DNA from: an uncultured Rhodopirellula sp.
GTDB lineage: Bacteria; Planctomycetota; Planctomycetia; Pirellulales; Pirellulaceae
Direction of reading: 5' to 3'
Length of the DNA stretch: 64,000 nucleotides
Assembly: GCA_964007735.1 (NCBI GenBank)
Contig: CAXGAI010000007.1
Location: 1-64,000, forward strand
Shown here: in pieces, positions 50,183 to 59,497 of the stretch
How the letters are laid out: every line of letters starts with the position of its first letter
How positions within the stretch are numbered: position 1 is the first letter of the stretch
Translations under genes and position numbers: made by a program
The notes under the pieces: model-generated
What the model saw: only the letters and a program-made list of their open reading frames with translations
The model's database searches: none
What the model was told of the DNA's origin: nothing

Positions 50183-51244
50183 TTAGTTGTTCTTCCACTG
50201 CTCACCAAGAGGGCCACCGTCACGACGGTCACCAAGTCGGTTGTAGGTAACATAATCGATGTTTTCACTCAGGAACTGAACAGAACCATCGACCAGTACA
50301 AACTGAGCGCCACCCTTATGCTGGGATTTGAAACCCTGTGAAGTAGACCAGTTGCTCCAGTGTTGACAGCCTGGGTATAGAGCATTGATCTGGTTGAAAC
50401 CAGGCTCCCCAAGTCCGTTAACGGGATAGTTGATTGGACCTGATGTTGCATTCCAAATGGAATTGTGATGCATCCACCCATTTTTATTATGGTCCCCTTT
50501 GTGAGGAAGGATTTCACCAACCATGATTACCTGGCTTTCACCATCAGTGACATCACGGAAACGCGATGCCCACGCACCTCGGCAGAATACACCAGATACT
50601 TCAATACCTCGTGCACCGTTACCGTGACCATGGTTACCTGTACCGAACAAGTTACCGTGGTACTGAGGGCACAGACCATCTCGACTAGGCATGAATTGTG
50701 AACCAATGCTAGGTGCATAGGTAGTAATTGCCGGTGCGAAAGCAAAGTCTGTGTGATCCGTATAAGGATCGACGTTGGCAGATGGGCAAATAAACGTTGG
50801 GATCAACTCTGACCAGAACCAGCGAGTCTGAGAACCCGCAAGTGGCGTGGTTTCGAAGTTTGAGACCCATGTTGCTCCCCAACCCTGCTGACGACGGTCA
50901 ACAACCTGAAAGTTCAGCTGGTTGTAGAGAGGATCCTGCTCCAAGAAGGGAAGAATCTTCACCAAGTTGCTACCGTGACTGGATTCTGACCATGCACGGT
51001 TGTTGTTAGACTGGCGATGCCAAATGTAGTTGCCCGTATTAGGTAACGAATTGTAAGTATTGTGATACGTACGCATCGCCAACCCGATTTGTTTCAGGTT
51101 GTTGCTACAAGACATTTTGCGAGCTGCTTCACGTGCCGCTGAAACTGCTGGAAGTAGCAAAGCTACTAAGATACCAATAATGGCAATCACTACCAGCAAC
51201 TCAACAAGCGTAAAACCGCCCTTTCGAGTGCTAAATTTTTTCAT
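50183..51244 (-). CDS. DUF1559 prepilin-like protein (paralog B)
   Basis: Same motifs as paralog A; GGAG RBS. Confidence 0.95.
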   Translation of the reverse strand: MKKFSTRKGGFTLVELLVVIAIIGILVALLLPAVSAAREAARKMSCSNNLKQIGLAMRTYHNTYNSLPNTGNYIWHRQSNNNRAWSESSHGSNLVKILPFLEQDPLYNQLNFQVVDRRQQGWGATWVSNFETTPLAGSQTRWFWSELIPTFICPSANVDPYTDHTDFAFAPAITTYAPSIGSQFMPSRDGLCPQYHGNLFGTGNHGHGNGARGIEVSGVFCRGAWASRFRDVTDGESQVIMVGEILPHKGDHNKNGWMHHNSIWNATSGPINYPVNGLGEPGFNQINALYPGCQHWSNWSTSQGFKSQHKGGAQFVLVDGSVQFLSENIDYVTYNRLGDRRDGGPLGEQWKNN

Positions 51245-51630
51245 AGTAATACTCCGAGAATAAATAATAACCTACAAGCCCCTAGGCTTACTTCTTACCA
51301 AGACCCGACCAAGAACCGATGAATTTAGACCAATAAAAACATCGTAATCAGCTTATCAACACGGGCGCAAACGTACTAATAACTGCATAACAAAGTTCTT
51401 AACGGCAGCTCTAGGATTTAACGAATCCAGAGGTAAAAAAGTGATGTAAAGGCCTGAACGGCATTTACTATCTTCTATTAAACAAGAAACCAATGCATAA
51501 AGCAATAAATAAATCCCCATTGATGCGTTAATTCAATCAACCGAACTACCGGAAAAAGCCCCTGTTTTTGATGACTGGAGCCAGAAATGATATTAGTTCA
51601 AGGTTAGGTTGTATGTGATTTGTAATTGTT

Positions 51631-52497
51631 TTAGAGCTTAAACTCCCCTTTTCGGGAGTCTAGTTGTGAGCTGAGGCGATGAACGATGCTGCTGTGCATT
51701 TGACTGACCCGACTCTCACTGAGATCAAGAGTTACTCCAATTTCCTTCATGGTCATTTCTTCGAAGTAGTAAAGGATCATGATTAGACGCTCTGATCTGC
51801 TCAAGCCTTTGGTAACTAAACGAACGACATCGTTTTTGGCCATGCGAGTGCTTGGTGAGGCGAATCGTTTGTCAGCGACGATATCCATTTCGGTCATGGA
51901 CTTGTTGCCTTCGCTGTTCTTCCATTTCTTCTTATCCAGACTGATCAGATTAATACTGGAAGAGTTGGCCATGATTTTTTCCAGTTCAGGCATGGGAAGA
52001 TTCATGTGGTCGGCCAGTTCTTCTTCGGTCGGGTGACGCCCGAGTTTGGCTTCGAGTTCATTGGTGGCATTGTAAAGTTTTGTAGCCTGAGTTCGTACCA
52101 TACGTGGTACCCAGTCCATGTGCCGCAGTTCATCGAGCATCGATCCGCGAACTCGAGTTACACAATAGGCTTCGAATTTGATACCTCGTGAGAGGTCAAA
52201 GGAACCGATGGCATTCAACATGCCGAAGCAACCTGCCGAAAACAAATCATCCAGCTCGACACCGTCTGGCAGGCGATGCCAAAGTCGTTCGGCATGAACC
52301 TTTACAACAGGTAAGTAATTTTCAAGCAATTGATTCCGCAGTTGGTCATCCTGAGGATTTTTCTTGTACGCCTGCCATTGGGGTAGTACTTCCAGATCGA
52401 CCACAGGCCCGCTTCCATTGCGTTGTTGTGGGATTCCGTTTTCGTCAATAAACGACTCATGTACTTCCGTCGTGGATTCTGTTTTCGTTGTTGGCAT
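51631..52497 (-). CDS. fliA: RNA polymerase sigma factor FliA/WhiG (sigma-28)
   Basis: LDDLFSAG, FDLSRGIKFE, RGSMLDELRHMDWVPR, MKEIGVTLDLSESRVSQMH. Confidence 0.95.
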   Translation of the reverse strand: MPTTKTESTTEVHESFIDENGIPQQRNGSGPVVDLEVLPQWQAYKKNPQDDQLRNQLLENYLPVVKVHAERLWHRLPDGVELDDLFSAGCFGMLNAIGSFDLSRGIKFEAYCVTRVRGSMLDELRHMDWVPRMVRTQATKLYNATNELEAKLGRHPTEEELADHMNLPMPELEKIMANSSSINLISLDKKKWKNSEGNKSMTEMDIVADKRFASPSTRMAKNDVVRLVTKGLSRSERLIMILYYFEEMTMKEIGVTLDLSESRVSQMHSSIVHRLSSQLDSRKGEFKL

Positions 52498-52566
52498 TTC
52501 GTTCCTCCCTGAACGATTCTGTTTGCCTGGTGGCGGTTATGCGTTCCCGTTCTTAAACACCTGCAA

Positions 52567-53787
52567 CTACATTGGATTGAAGTTTAAGGTAAAGGAATCC
52601 TGAACGTGGTTTTGGATGGCTTCGGTATTAAACTCAATTTCTCTTTCGACTGAGCCCTGGCTCGCAGGTTCTAATCCCATGATTCGCTGAATTAGCCGGG
52701 TATGCACGGGTTTACTAACATGGGTGAATCCGTCGGCTAACGCAGCACTATGGCTTAGAAGAGTAACGGGTATTTGGATTTGTTGGAATAGAGATACTAA
52801 GTGTCCCAACGACTTCTCTTGATCTGTTTTGGTTAAGGCTAACATGAGTGGACAGTTTTGACTGAGTCCCTGTGCTAAAGCAACGGTTGCTTGGGGGCGA
52901 GTGTGAACATCGTGAGTTAAAACACAGTGGTCAGCATGAATATCACGTATGACGGCATTGATCAGTGCCGTCTGCTGAGGATTTGCAGAAATTGCGGGGG
53001 TATCAATCAGAACTGCTGCGCAGTCGCTGAATTGCCGCAAGGCTTCCTGCATTTCCGTTGCATTGGATACCTGAGCGGTTCGTATTCCTAAACTTTGCAT
53101 CTGCAGGTGTACCCAGAAGTGTTGTTGCCGATTGGGTCCGGTAAATTCAATGACTGCAACCGGCAATTCGTCTCGCAGTTCGCATTGTGTGGCGAGTTTC
53201 GCAACAAGTGTTGATTTACCTGCCCCGCTCCGACCGGCAAACACGATAATGAGGGGTTCCACCCGACTCCTGTCAGTTGCTGTGAAATCAAGTGTTGTAC
53301 TGGTGATCAGTTGCTTGAGTTGACGCTCAATCGCTGCTGGGACTTGCTTTTCCGTCATATCCTCCGGAATTGCCCTCAGGAGGACTCGGACTTCTTGTAA
53401 CGACATCCCGGAGTTCATTAGTGCCTGAGTAATACCCTCCGGAGCGAAGTCTTCCGGACATTCCCGGCGATCTTTTAGGTGTTGTTGATGTTGTGATTCG
53501 AGCGTTTGTTGCTCTTCCTGGTAAAGCTGTTCGATGTAGGAGGTGGCAGCATTAAGCTGCTCAATTGCTGTAAAAGAGACTGGCTGCCCGTCACTAGCAT
53601 TTGGTTTGATTGCCTTCGGTTCTTCGGGGCGGCAGGCCTGCACGGTCACCATCCGTTGCAGTACATTTCCCGAAGATAATTCGCGGTGGGTTTCCGTCGA
53701 CAAAATGACAGCATCTGTTCCAAGCGCTAGACGAACCTTATCTAATGCTTTTTGAATGGAACGCGCTGTGAAGGATTGTTTATGCAT
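52567..53787 (-). CDS. flhF: FlhF-like SRP-family GTPase, divergent
   Basis: N-terminal SFTARSIQKALDKVRLALGTDAVILST, P-loop GRSGAGKST, LIDTPA, TKTD; position between flhA and fliA. Confidence 0.8.
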   Translation of the reverse strand: MHKQSFTARSIQKALDKVRLALGTDAVILSTETHRELSSGNVLQRMVTVQACRPEEPKAIKPNASDGQPVSFTAIEQLNAATSYIEQLYQEEQQTLESQHQQHLKDRRECPEDFAPEGITQALMNSGMSLQEVRVLLRAIPEDMTEKQVPAAIERQLKQLITSTTLDFTATDRSRVEPLIIVFAGRSGAGKSTLVAKLATQCELRDELPVAVIEFTGPNRQQHFWVHLQMQSLGIRTAQVSNATEMQEALRQFSDCAAVLIDTPAISANPQQTALINAVIRDIHADHCVLTHDVHTRPQATVALAQGLSQNCPLMLALTKTDQEKSLGHLVSLFQQIQIPVTLLSHSAALADGFTHVSKPVHTRLIQRIMGLEPASQGSVEREIEFNTEAIQNHVQDSFTLNFNPM

Positions 53788-53807
53788 TTGAATGATTGGC
53801 GATAGTC

Positions 53808-55925
53808 TTAATGTCCTGCGGAGCTAAAAGAAAACGAAGCTGTCGAGGAGGTATTCGTTGTGGTGCGTTGACCATCCTGGCTTAATTGATGATGCGATAA
53901 AATTTCAATTTCAGGGACAATCTCATTTCCGGATAAAACGCTGATTTCCAACAGTTTGTTTCTGGATAATCGGGCCATGGCGGGGCGAATGTAATCACTG
54001 ACAACCAACACGGGTATACCCTGCTCTGTTTGAGTTTGGCCCAGGTGATTCTGTAATTCCCGGACAAGTAAGTCCTGAGCCGTATGCGGTAGCGAGAATT
54101 CAAAATCGAGTTCTGTGAATCGTATGGAATCAGAAATCTGCTTTTCAAGTTCTGGACGCAATGTTAGCAACCGCAGCCCTTCCTTTTTGGCGACGGCGGT
54201 TGAAATATTTCGTGCAAGGCGAGTGCGAACATACTCGGTCATTTTGATCGGATGTGTTTGCCGGGGAGCAATTTCACTAAGTGATTCAAGAATTTCTGCT
54301 AATGGACGAACCGAAATGTTTTCACTCAGTAGATTGCGCAGTACTTGTTGCACCTGTCCAAGCCCTAGCAATTTCGGAATTAATTCTCCAACGGCAGTCG
54401 GAGAAAACTCGCGTAGCTGCTCGACGAGTTGGTCAGTTGCGTCAAGTGTCAGCAGCGTTGCGGCATGTTCGCGAACGGTGTCCTGTAGATGAATGGCAAG
54501 CACTTCTACAGGCGTTAGTGGCTGAAGCCCTAACTGCAATGCTTTTTCCCGCTGGTTTTTAGAAATCCAGCGGGCGCCTTGATGGGCCACCCCACCCTCA
54601 CCCGGGACGGTTCCTGGTAACTCATTATCCAGATCGGGATGTTCGTCAATAATAAGTAAACGGTTAACTGATAATCGACCACTGGTGATTGGATTGCCCT
54701 GGATTAGTATCTCGTATTGATTTCCGGCCAACTGGAGGTTGTCACGAATTCTGATTTCCGGCAGAACAATCCCCATGTCCGTTGCCAGCGTTTTTCGAAT
54801 GAATTGAATACGACGCAGGATGTTGTCTTCAGTATCCCGATTGGCCAGCGGTAACAAGCGGATCCCAAGCCCGATTTCAATAGCATCCACTCGAAGCAGA
54901 TCGCTGAGTGGTGCTTCTGAAGATGTCTTTTCCGGCGGTATAGTGGCATCTGGTTTTGAAGCATTGCGGGTGTCTGATTTAGTCAGGATGTATGCCAGAC
55001 CGACACAGCCGGCTGCCATCGTTAGCATTGGGGTTTTGGGAAGTTGCGTGAATGTCAGGACGGTAAGGAAAGCGGCTGTAACGATGAGGACTTGAGGTTT
55101 ATTGAAAAGCTGACTGATGAGCTGGTTTGATAGTTTACTGTCTTGACTGGTGCGGGTGACGAGCACAGCAGTAGCTAGGGAGACCAGCAATGCGGGGATT
55201 TGACTTACCAAACCGTCACCAATAGTAAGTTTGGTGTAGACTTCCGAGGCATTCGCTAAATCCATGTCCGCCTTGATAACTCCGTAGCCCAGCCCGACGA
55301 CGATATTGATTGCTGTGATGATAGTGGCTGCAATAGCATCGCCACGCACAAACTTACTTGCACCATCCATTGCCCCGAAGAAATCGGCCTGACGCGTCAG
55401 GTCTTTACGTTGTTGCTGCGCTTGCTGTTGAGTAAGTAGGCCGGAATTTAAGTCAGCATCGATTGCCATTTGTCGGCCCGGCATTCCGTCCAACATGAAT
55501 CGAGCTGCTACTTCACTGACACGAGTCGAGCCTTTCGTAATAACTACAAACTGAATGACTACCAAGATGGCAAAGATGACAATTCCTACAATGATATCGT
55601 TACCGGCGACGAAATTTCCAAAAGACTCAATTACGTGACCCGCTGCTTTCGTCCCCTGCGTTGAGGCGCCGGTTAAAATCAACCGAGTGGAGGCCACATT
55701 AAGTACCAGTCGGCCAAGAGTGGCTGCTAGGAGGACCGTCGGAAACACACTTAATTCAAGAGAAGTTTTGATATTCAGAGTGGTTAGAAGAATGACGACA
55801 GCCAGAGTGATATTACCGGCCATCAACATATCAAGCATGAATGGTGGTAAGGGCACCAGCAGTACTAACAAGCATGCAACGATGCTTGCCGGAATGATCA
55901 GGTCGTGCCAATTGTTTTTGTTCAT
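53808..55925 (-). CDS. flhA: Flagellar export gate protein FlhA
   Basis: RLVLNVASTRLIL, VITKGSTRVSEVAARFMLDGMPGRQMAIDADL, FFGAMDGASKFVRGDAIA, TIGDGLVSQIPAL, EIRIRDN. Confidence 0.96.
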   Translation of the reverse strand: MNKNNWHDLIIPASIVACLLVLLVPLPPFMLDMLMAGNITLAVVILLTTLNIKTSLELSVFPTVLLAATLGRLVLNVASTRLILTGASTQGTKAAGHVIESFGNFVAGNDIIVGIVIFAILVVIQFVVITKGSTRVSEVAARFMLDGMPGRQMAIDADLNSGLLTQQQAQQQRKDLTRQADFFGAMDGASKFVRGDAIAATIITAINIVVGLGYGVIKADMDLANASEVYTKLTIGDGLVSQIPALLVSLATAVLVTRTSQDSKLSNQLISQLFNKPQVLIVTAAFLTVLTFTQLPKTPMLTMAAGCVGLAYILTKSDTRNASKPDATIPPEKTSSEAPLSDLLRVDAIEIGLGIRLLPLANRDTEDNILRRIQFIRKTLATDMGIVLPEIRIRDNLQLAGNQYEILIQGNPITSGRLSVNRLLIIDEHPDLDNELPGTVPGEGGVAHQGARWISKNQREKALQLGLQPLTPVEVLAIHLQDTVREHAATLLTLDATDQLVEQLREFSPTAVGELIPKLLGLGQVQQVLRNLLSENISVRPLAEILESLSEIAPRQTHPIKMTEYVRTRLARNISTAVAKKEGLRLLTLRPELEKQISDSIRFTELDFEFSLPHTAQDLLVRELQNHLGQTQTEQGIPVLVVSDYIRPAMARLSRNKLLEISVLSGNEIVPEIEILSHHQLSQDGQRTTTNTSSTASFSFSSAGH

Positions 55926-56106
55926 ACTTATAGGTTCGCAGCATTGCTCGCAACAGAACCTGCCAGGCTCGGTTTGGTGCTGAAAAATACGTGGGGGAAG
56001 CGTAAGCAATAGAGTCTGTAGGGGCAAGACCAGTCAGGCCAAAAGAGAAGCCTTCAGCCGGTTTTGAACAGGGATTTGCTGGCGGTATTGCCAGCGCCTA
56101 AAAACT

Positions 56107-57261
56107 CTAGTTGCGAACCTGGTAACCGTATTTGGCAAGATGTGGAATGCAACGCTGCTCGATCATTGATTCCAGTTTGGCGGGGAGTTCATGCTGGTTG
56201 ACTTTGTAGTCTTTTTGGGATTCCAGATATTCCGCCAACGGTTTGGCAATCCGAGTGTCGAAATCGCCGAGATCAAGGTGTTCATAAATGGAGCGAATGA
56301 CAGCCGGGGTGTCTTCTACTAGGTCTTCGTATCGTACATCGATTAGATCGGCGTTATCGATTTCCATTCTTTGCCGCTCAAAAGCCTCGTAAAGCGTTTC
56401 GAAGGTGTCGCCAATATAGTTGTAAAGCCAGGGCAGGTCATAGCTCGGACGGTTGAAGCCCTGAATATAATCGAGCGATTGCCAAAGTCTTACCGTTGAG
56501 GGTATGAGTGAGTACGGGTCACGGCTGATATGAATAAACTTTGCCCCGGGAAATGCCTCGGCCAAGAACTTTATGCGACCAATATGTGGCGGTGACTTTA
56601 AAACAACAGGTTTGGTTGGTTGCTGATAACTTACCATTTTGACGAATTTCACGAGGGTTGCCTGCCACGCCTGAACTTGATTTTCGGAAAGAGTTTCAAG
56701 TGTGAGGTATTCGTTGTCTACCAGTTCCCCGTTTGGAAAGGCCATCCTCAGGTAAGGCGAGTGGTGTCCCATGTTAAAAAGAGCAAATTCATCTTCCTGC
56801 GGTTTGTGGAAGCTTGTGGTGACGTTGTCCTGCGGGCGTTTCTCCGGGATCAGCAATTTGTCCATTTTCAGTAACAGTTTGCCAGTGATCAGAAATTGAT
56901 TGGGAAGGAAACATTGAAGTGTGCTGGGATACGTGAAGTTCTTATCCAGCGAAATTAGGTCATGTAGAAAGGTGGTTCCGCTTCGCCAGTGCCCAACAAT
57001 GAAAATCGGTGGTGAGGGAAGTTTGTGCTCAGCAATCTTTCGCCCGTACATTAGTGATTGGATTCGGCCAATGACACTGTTGAGTACGGAGAAGTAAGAG
57101 ACGGTGAAAGCAACGTACCAGCGAGCCGGATGAACGGCGAATTTGTTTTTAGCTAGCAGTCTGAGATAGTCTCCGCAGCGCAAGCCGTGCCAAAATCGCG
57201 GGGCGGTAATCGGATACTGCTTGTAGAATGGTTTGTCTTTTTTGCTCACGGCTCGATGCAA
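56107..57261 (-). CDS. PAPS-dependent sulfotransferase, Stf3-like
   Basis: PPIFIVGHWRSGTTFLH (5'-PSB), PQEDEF, KSPPH..RI, FIHISRDPY (3'-PB), RYEDL, DYKVN. Confidence 0.9.
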   Translation of the reverse strand: MHRAVSKKDKPFYKQYPITAPRFWHGLRCGDYLRLLAKNKFAVHPARWYVAFTVSYFSVLNSVIGRIQSLMYGRKIAEHKLPSPPIFIVGHWRSGTTFLHDLISLDKNFTYPSTLQCFLPNQFLITGKLLLKMDKLLIPEKRPQDNVTTSFHKPQEDEFALFNMGHHSPYLRMAFPNGELVDNEYLTLETLSENQVQAWQATLVKFVKMVSYQQPTKPVVLKSPPHIGRIKFLAEAFPGAKFIHISRDPYSLIPSTVRLWQSLDYIQGFNRPSYDLPWLYNYIGDTFETLYEAFERQRMEIDNADLIDVRYEDLVEDTPAVIRSIYEHLDLGDFDTRIAKPLAEYLESQKDYKVNQHELPAKLESMIEQRCIPHLAKYGYQVRN

Positions 57262-57364
57262 TCAGGAGACGGTTTAAATGAAGTTGTATTTCAGCTCTAT
57301 ATAGTTATTTCGATTTTTTGAGTGAGTGCCAACACAAAAAAACCCGCGCAATTCCAGGATTACT

Positions 57365-58402
57365 TTACGCTCGCTGCAGGATATTAATGACTTCACGGTA
57401 CATGTGGGGTGGAATTGATTGGCGAGGCCGCATGGTGTTGGCGATTAAAGTGCTTAGCCGACTATGCATCTGGCAGTGTATGCTCTGCTCCCGCGCCATC
57501 TGGAGAATGCCTTCGGAGGGCTTTGCAGTATCGGTCCCGGAATGCCAGATCTGTTGGATGCGAGGTACGTCCATGTAATCCTGATTGTACGCGATGGCCA
57601 CGATCGGCCCGTCGGGGGCATATAGTACAACCGCGGCCTGAGCCAGATCGCGGGAATCCGGGTTGGCTTTACGAACCTTGGGGTTGGGGCGGTGAGCGTT
57701 GGGAGCTTGTGCTTTTTGCTCCTGACGTAACTCTTCGGGCGTCATTCTTAAACTACGCTCCCACTTGAGCTTTTGCCACCCGTAGTCCAGGACACCAAGG
57801 AGAAACAATGCGATACCAAGTTGGGTTAGGATTTGGCCGAGAATGCTGGCTGCGGACGTAACAATCTGTGTCGCAGGTAGCAGAGATAAGTCAGCAATCT
57901 TCTCCCGCATAAACCAGAGGCTGGAAGCGGTCAAAGCGAATAAGCCAATGGAACGAAGCAGGCTACCAATCGTTTCAGTCTGATGTTCAACCGAACGGAC
58001 ACGTTTCCACCAGTTCGCTGGACTGAGGCGAGTAATATCAGGGGCTAGCCGGTTAGGAGCTAAGATCAGGCCTGTTTGCAACACGTTGCTAAGGATAGCG
58101 ATAGTGATCATTCCCAGAATGATCGGGCCAAACAACTGCAGAATCGGTATCGATTGCTGTAGCCAAAAGCTAACGGTGCCCCATTGTGCCGCGGTCTCAG
58201 CCAACGGCAAGTTAAGTTGGAATTGGCGTTGCCAGTTTTGACTCAACTGCTGTTCGATGAGCTCAAACTGCGACTGCAAAAGAATTGTTGAACCAAGCAG
58301 GATAGCCGCGGCAACCAGTTGGCCACTACGAGCCACATTTCCTTGGCGCTTTGCCATTAAGCGCTTAGTGGGGGAAGCCGGTAGCGTTGGTTCACTAGAC
58401 AT
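57365..58402 (-). CDS. flhB: FlhB/SctU-like export switch protein, lacking NPTH
   Basis: PTKR..AKRQGNVARS, LAPDITRLSP, DYGWQ..LRMTPEELRQE, IPPHMYREV; follows fliR. Confidence 0.85.
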   Translation of the reverse strand: MSSEPTLPASPTKRLMAKRQGNVARSGQLVAAAILLGSTILLQSQFELIEQQLSQNWQRQFQLNLPLAETAAQWGTVSFWLQQSIPILQLFGPIILGMITIAILSNVLQTGLILAPNRLAPDITRLSPANWWKRVRSVEHQTETIGSLLRSIGLFALTASSLWFMREKIADLSLLPATQIVTSAASILGQILTQLGIALFLLGVLDYGWQKLKWERSLRMTPEELRQEQKAQAPNAHRPNPKVRKANPDSRDLAQAAVVLYAPDGPIVAIAYNQDYMDVPRIQQIWHSGTDTAKPSEGILQMAREQSIHCQMHSRLSTLIANTMRPRQSIPPHMYREVINILQRA

Positions 58403-58437
58403 AAGTCAGATTGAGGTGAGTGTTAGTTGCGGGGAGG

Positions 58438-59208
58438 CTATTGAGTGATGCGGTTAAGTACAGAGGTGATTTCCTGTTGCATCGCCAGAGTGATCGTTCC
58501 TAGCGTTAGCATAACCACGGTTAGCAGGACCGCGGTGTTGGCAGGAAGTCCGAGCACAAACTGATGAAATTGGGGTGCTTGCCGACTGATCCATCCCATC
58601 GTGAGATTGGCAGCCAGCATCGTGATCATCGCCGGTGCAGCAAGCTTGAAACCGAGGAGAAAGCTCCAGGTTAAGGTGGTGGAGATGTTTTCAAACCAAC
58701 TGGCATCCAATGTTTTCAGGTGGAAACTACCGGGCGGTAGCCAGGTATAACAGTCTAGTAGTGCAGAAACTATCAGCCGATGCATCCCTGCGGCGATGAG
58801 ACTGGCCAGCACTGTGAGCCAGATTAATTTTGCTAAGGCGGATTCGTTGTTAATTCCCCTCATCCTGACTCCACTTGAGAGTCCTATCCATTGTGTTCCA
58901 AGTTGAAGGCTTTCGATTGCGATGAGAATAGCTGTGCCAATGGCAAGCCCGGTCAGCAGTTCACTTACGACAAGATCGAATGACGGGAATGACGAATTTC
59001 CAAGCGGTGCGATAAGCGTTGCATCTTGGCTGTGAAATGTGGCTAACAGTGCCGTCAATAAGAAACAGATCGCCAGTTTAGCCTGCCAATGGAACGGATG
59101 TTTTCCCAGTGGCAGTAAAATCACAATAGGGATTACTCGCATCCCAATAAGTAAAGTAATGGCCGCAAGTGTTTGTGTGAAATCCAAGGTTTGAGCGAAT
59201 TCGGCCAT
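58438..59208 (-). CDS. fliR: Flagellar export protein FliR, divergent
   Basis: Six TMs, ELLTGLAIG, SG, LAAP, MGWISRQAPQ..FVLGLP; follows fliQ. Confidence 0.82.
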   Translation of the reverse strand: MAEFAQTLDFTQTLAAITLLIGMRVIPIVILLPLGKHPFHWQAKLAICFLLTALLATFHSQDATLIAPLGNSSFPSFDLVVSELLTGLAIGTAILIAIESLQLGTQWIGLSSGVRMRGINNESALAKLIWLTVLASLIAAGMHRLIVSALLDCYTWLPPGSFHLKTLDASWFENISTTLTWSFLLGFKLAAPAMITMLAANLTMGWISRQAPQFHQFVLGLPANTAVLLTVVMLTLGTITLAMQQEITSVLNRITQ

Positions 59209-59209
59209 A

Positions 59210-59485
59210 TCAACCTCCTGAAATGATGGTTGGTATGCTTTGGAATAAACTGCCTGTAAAGCTTGAAAGTTGTTCGAACATCCAGGGTAGTGAATAGCAA
59301 AGTGCTACAAGGATACAGATTAGTTTAGGGATGTAACTGATTGTCTGATCCTGGACCTGTGTCATTGCCTGAATGACGCCAATAAGAAGTCCCGTAAGGA
59401 TGGCGACAATGAGGATGGGAGCGACAAGTGTTAGTGTTGTCAACAACGCTTGTTGTCCGAATTCAACGGTTTGGTCATGTTGCAT
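59210..59485 (-). CDS. fliQ: Flagellar export protein FliQ
   Basis: GLLIGVIQAMTQVQDQTISYIPKL, PWM. Confidence 0.92.
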   Translation of the reverse strand: MQHDQTVEFGQQALLTTLTLVAPILIVAILTGLLIGVIQAMTQVQDQTISYIPKLICILVALCYSLPWMFEQLSSFTGSLFQSIPTIISGG

Positions 59486-59497
59486 CGTTACTCTCCG

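Noticed and set aside
48844..51244. DUF1559 pair as a DGR template/variable repeat or shufflon
   Set aside because: Both copies are full ORFs, mismatches are mostly synonymous and not adenine-specific, and no reverse transcriptase or invertase is in the window.
57335..57365. AAAAAAACCCGCG after flhB as a terminator
   Set aside because: Only one arm plus the T-run is present; I could not find the complementary arm.
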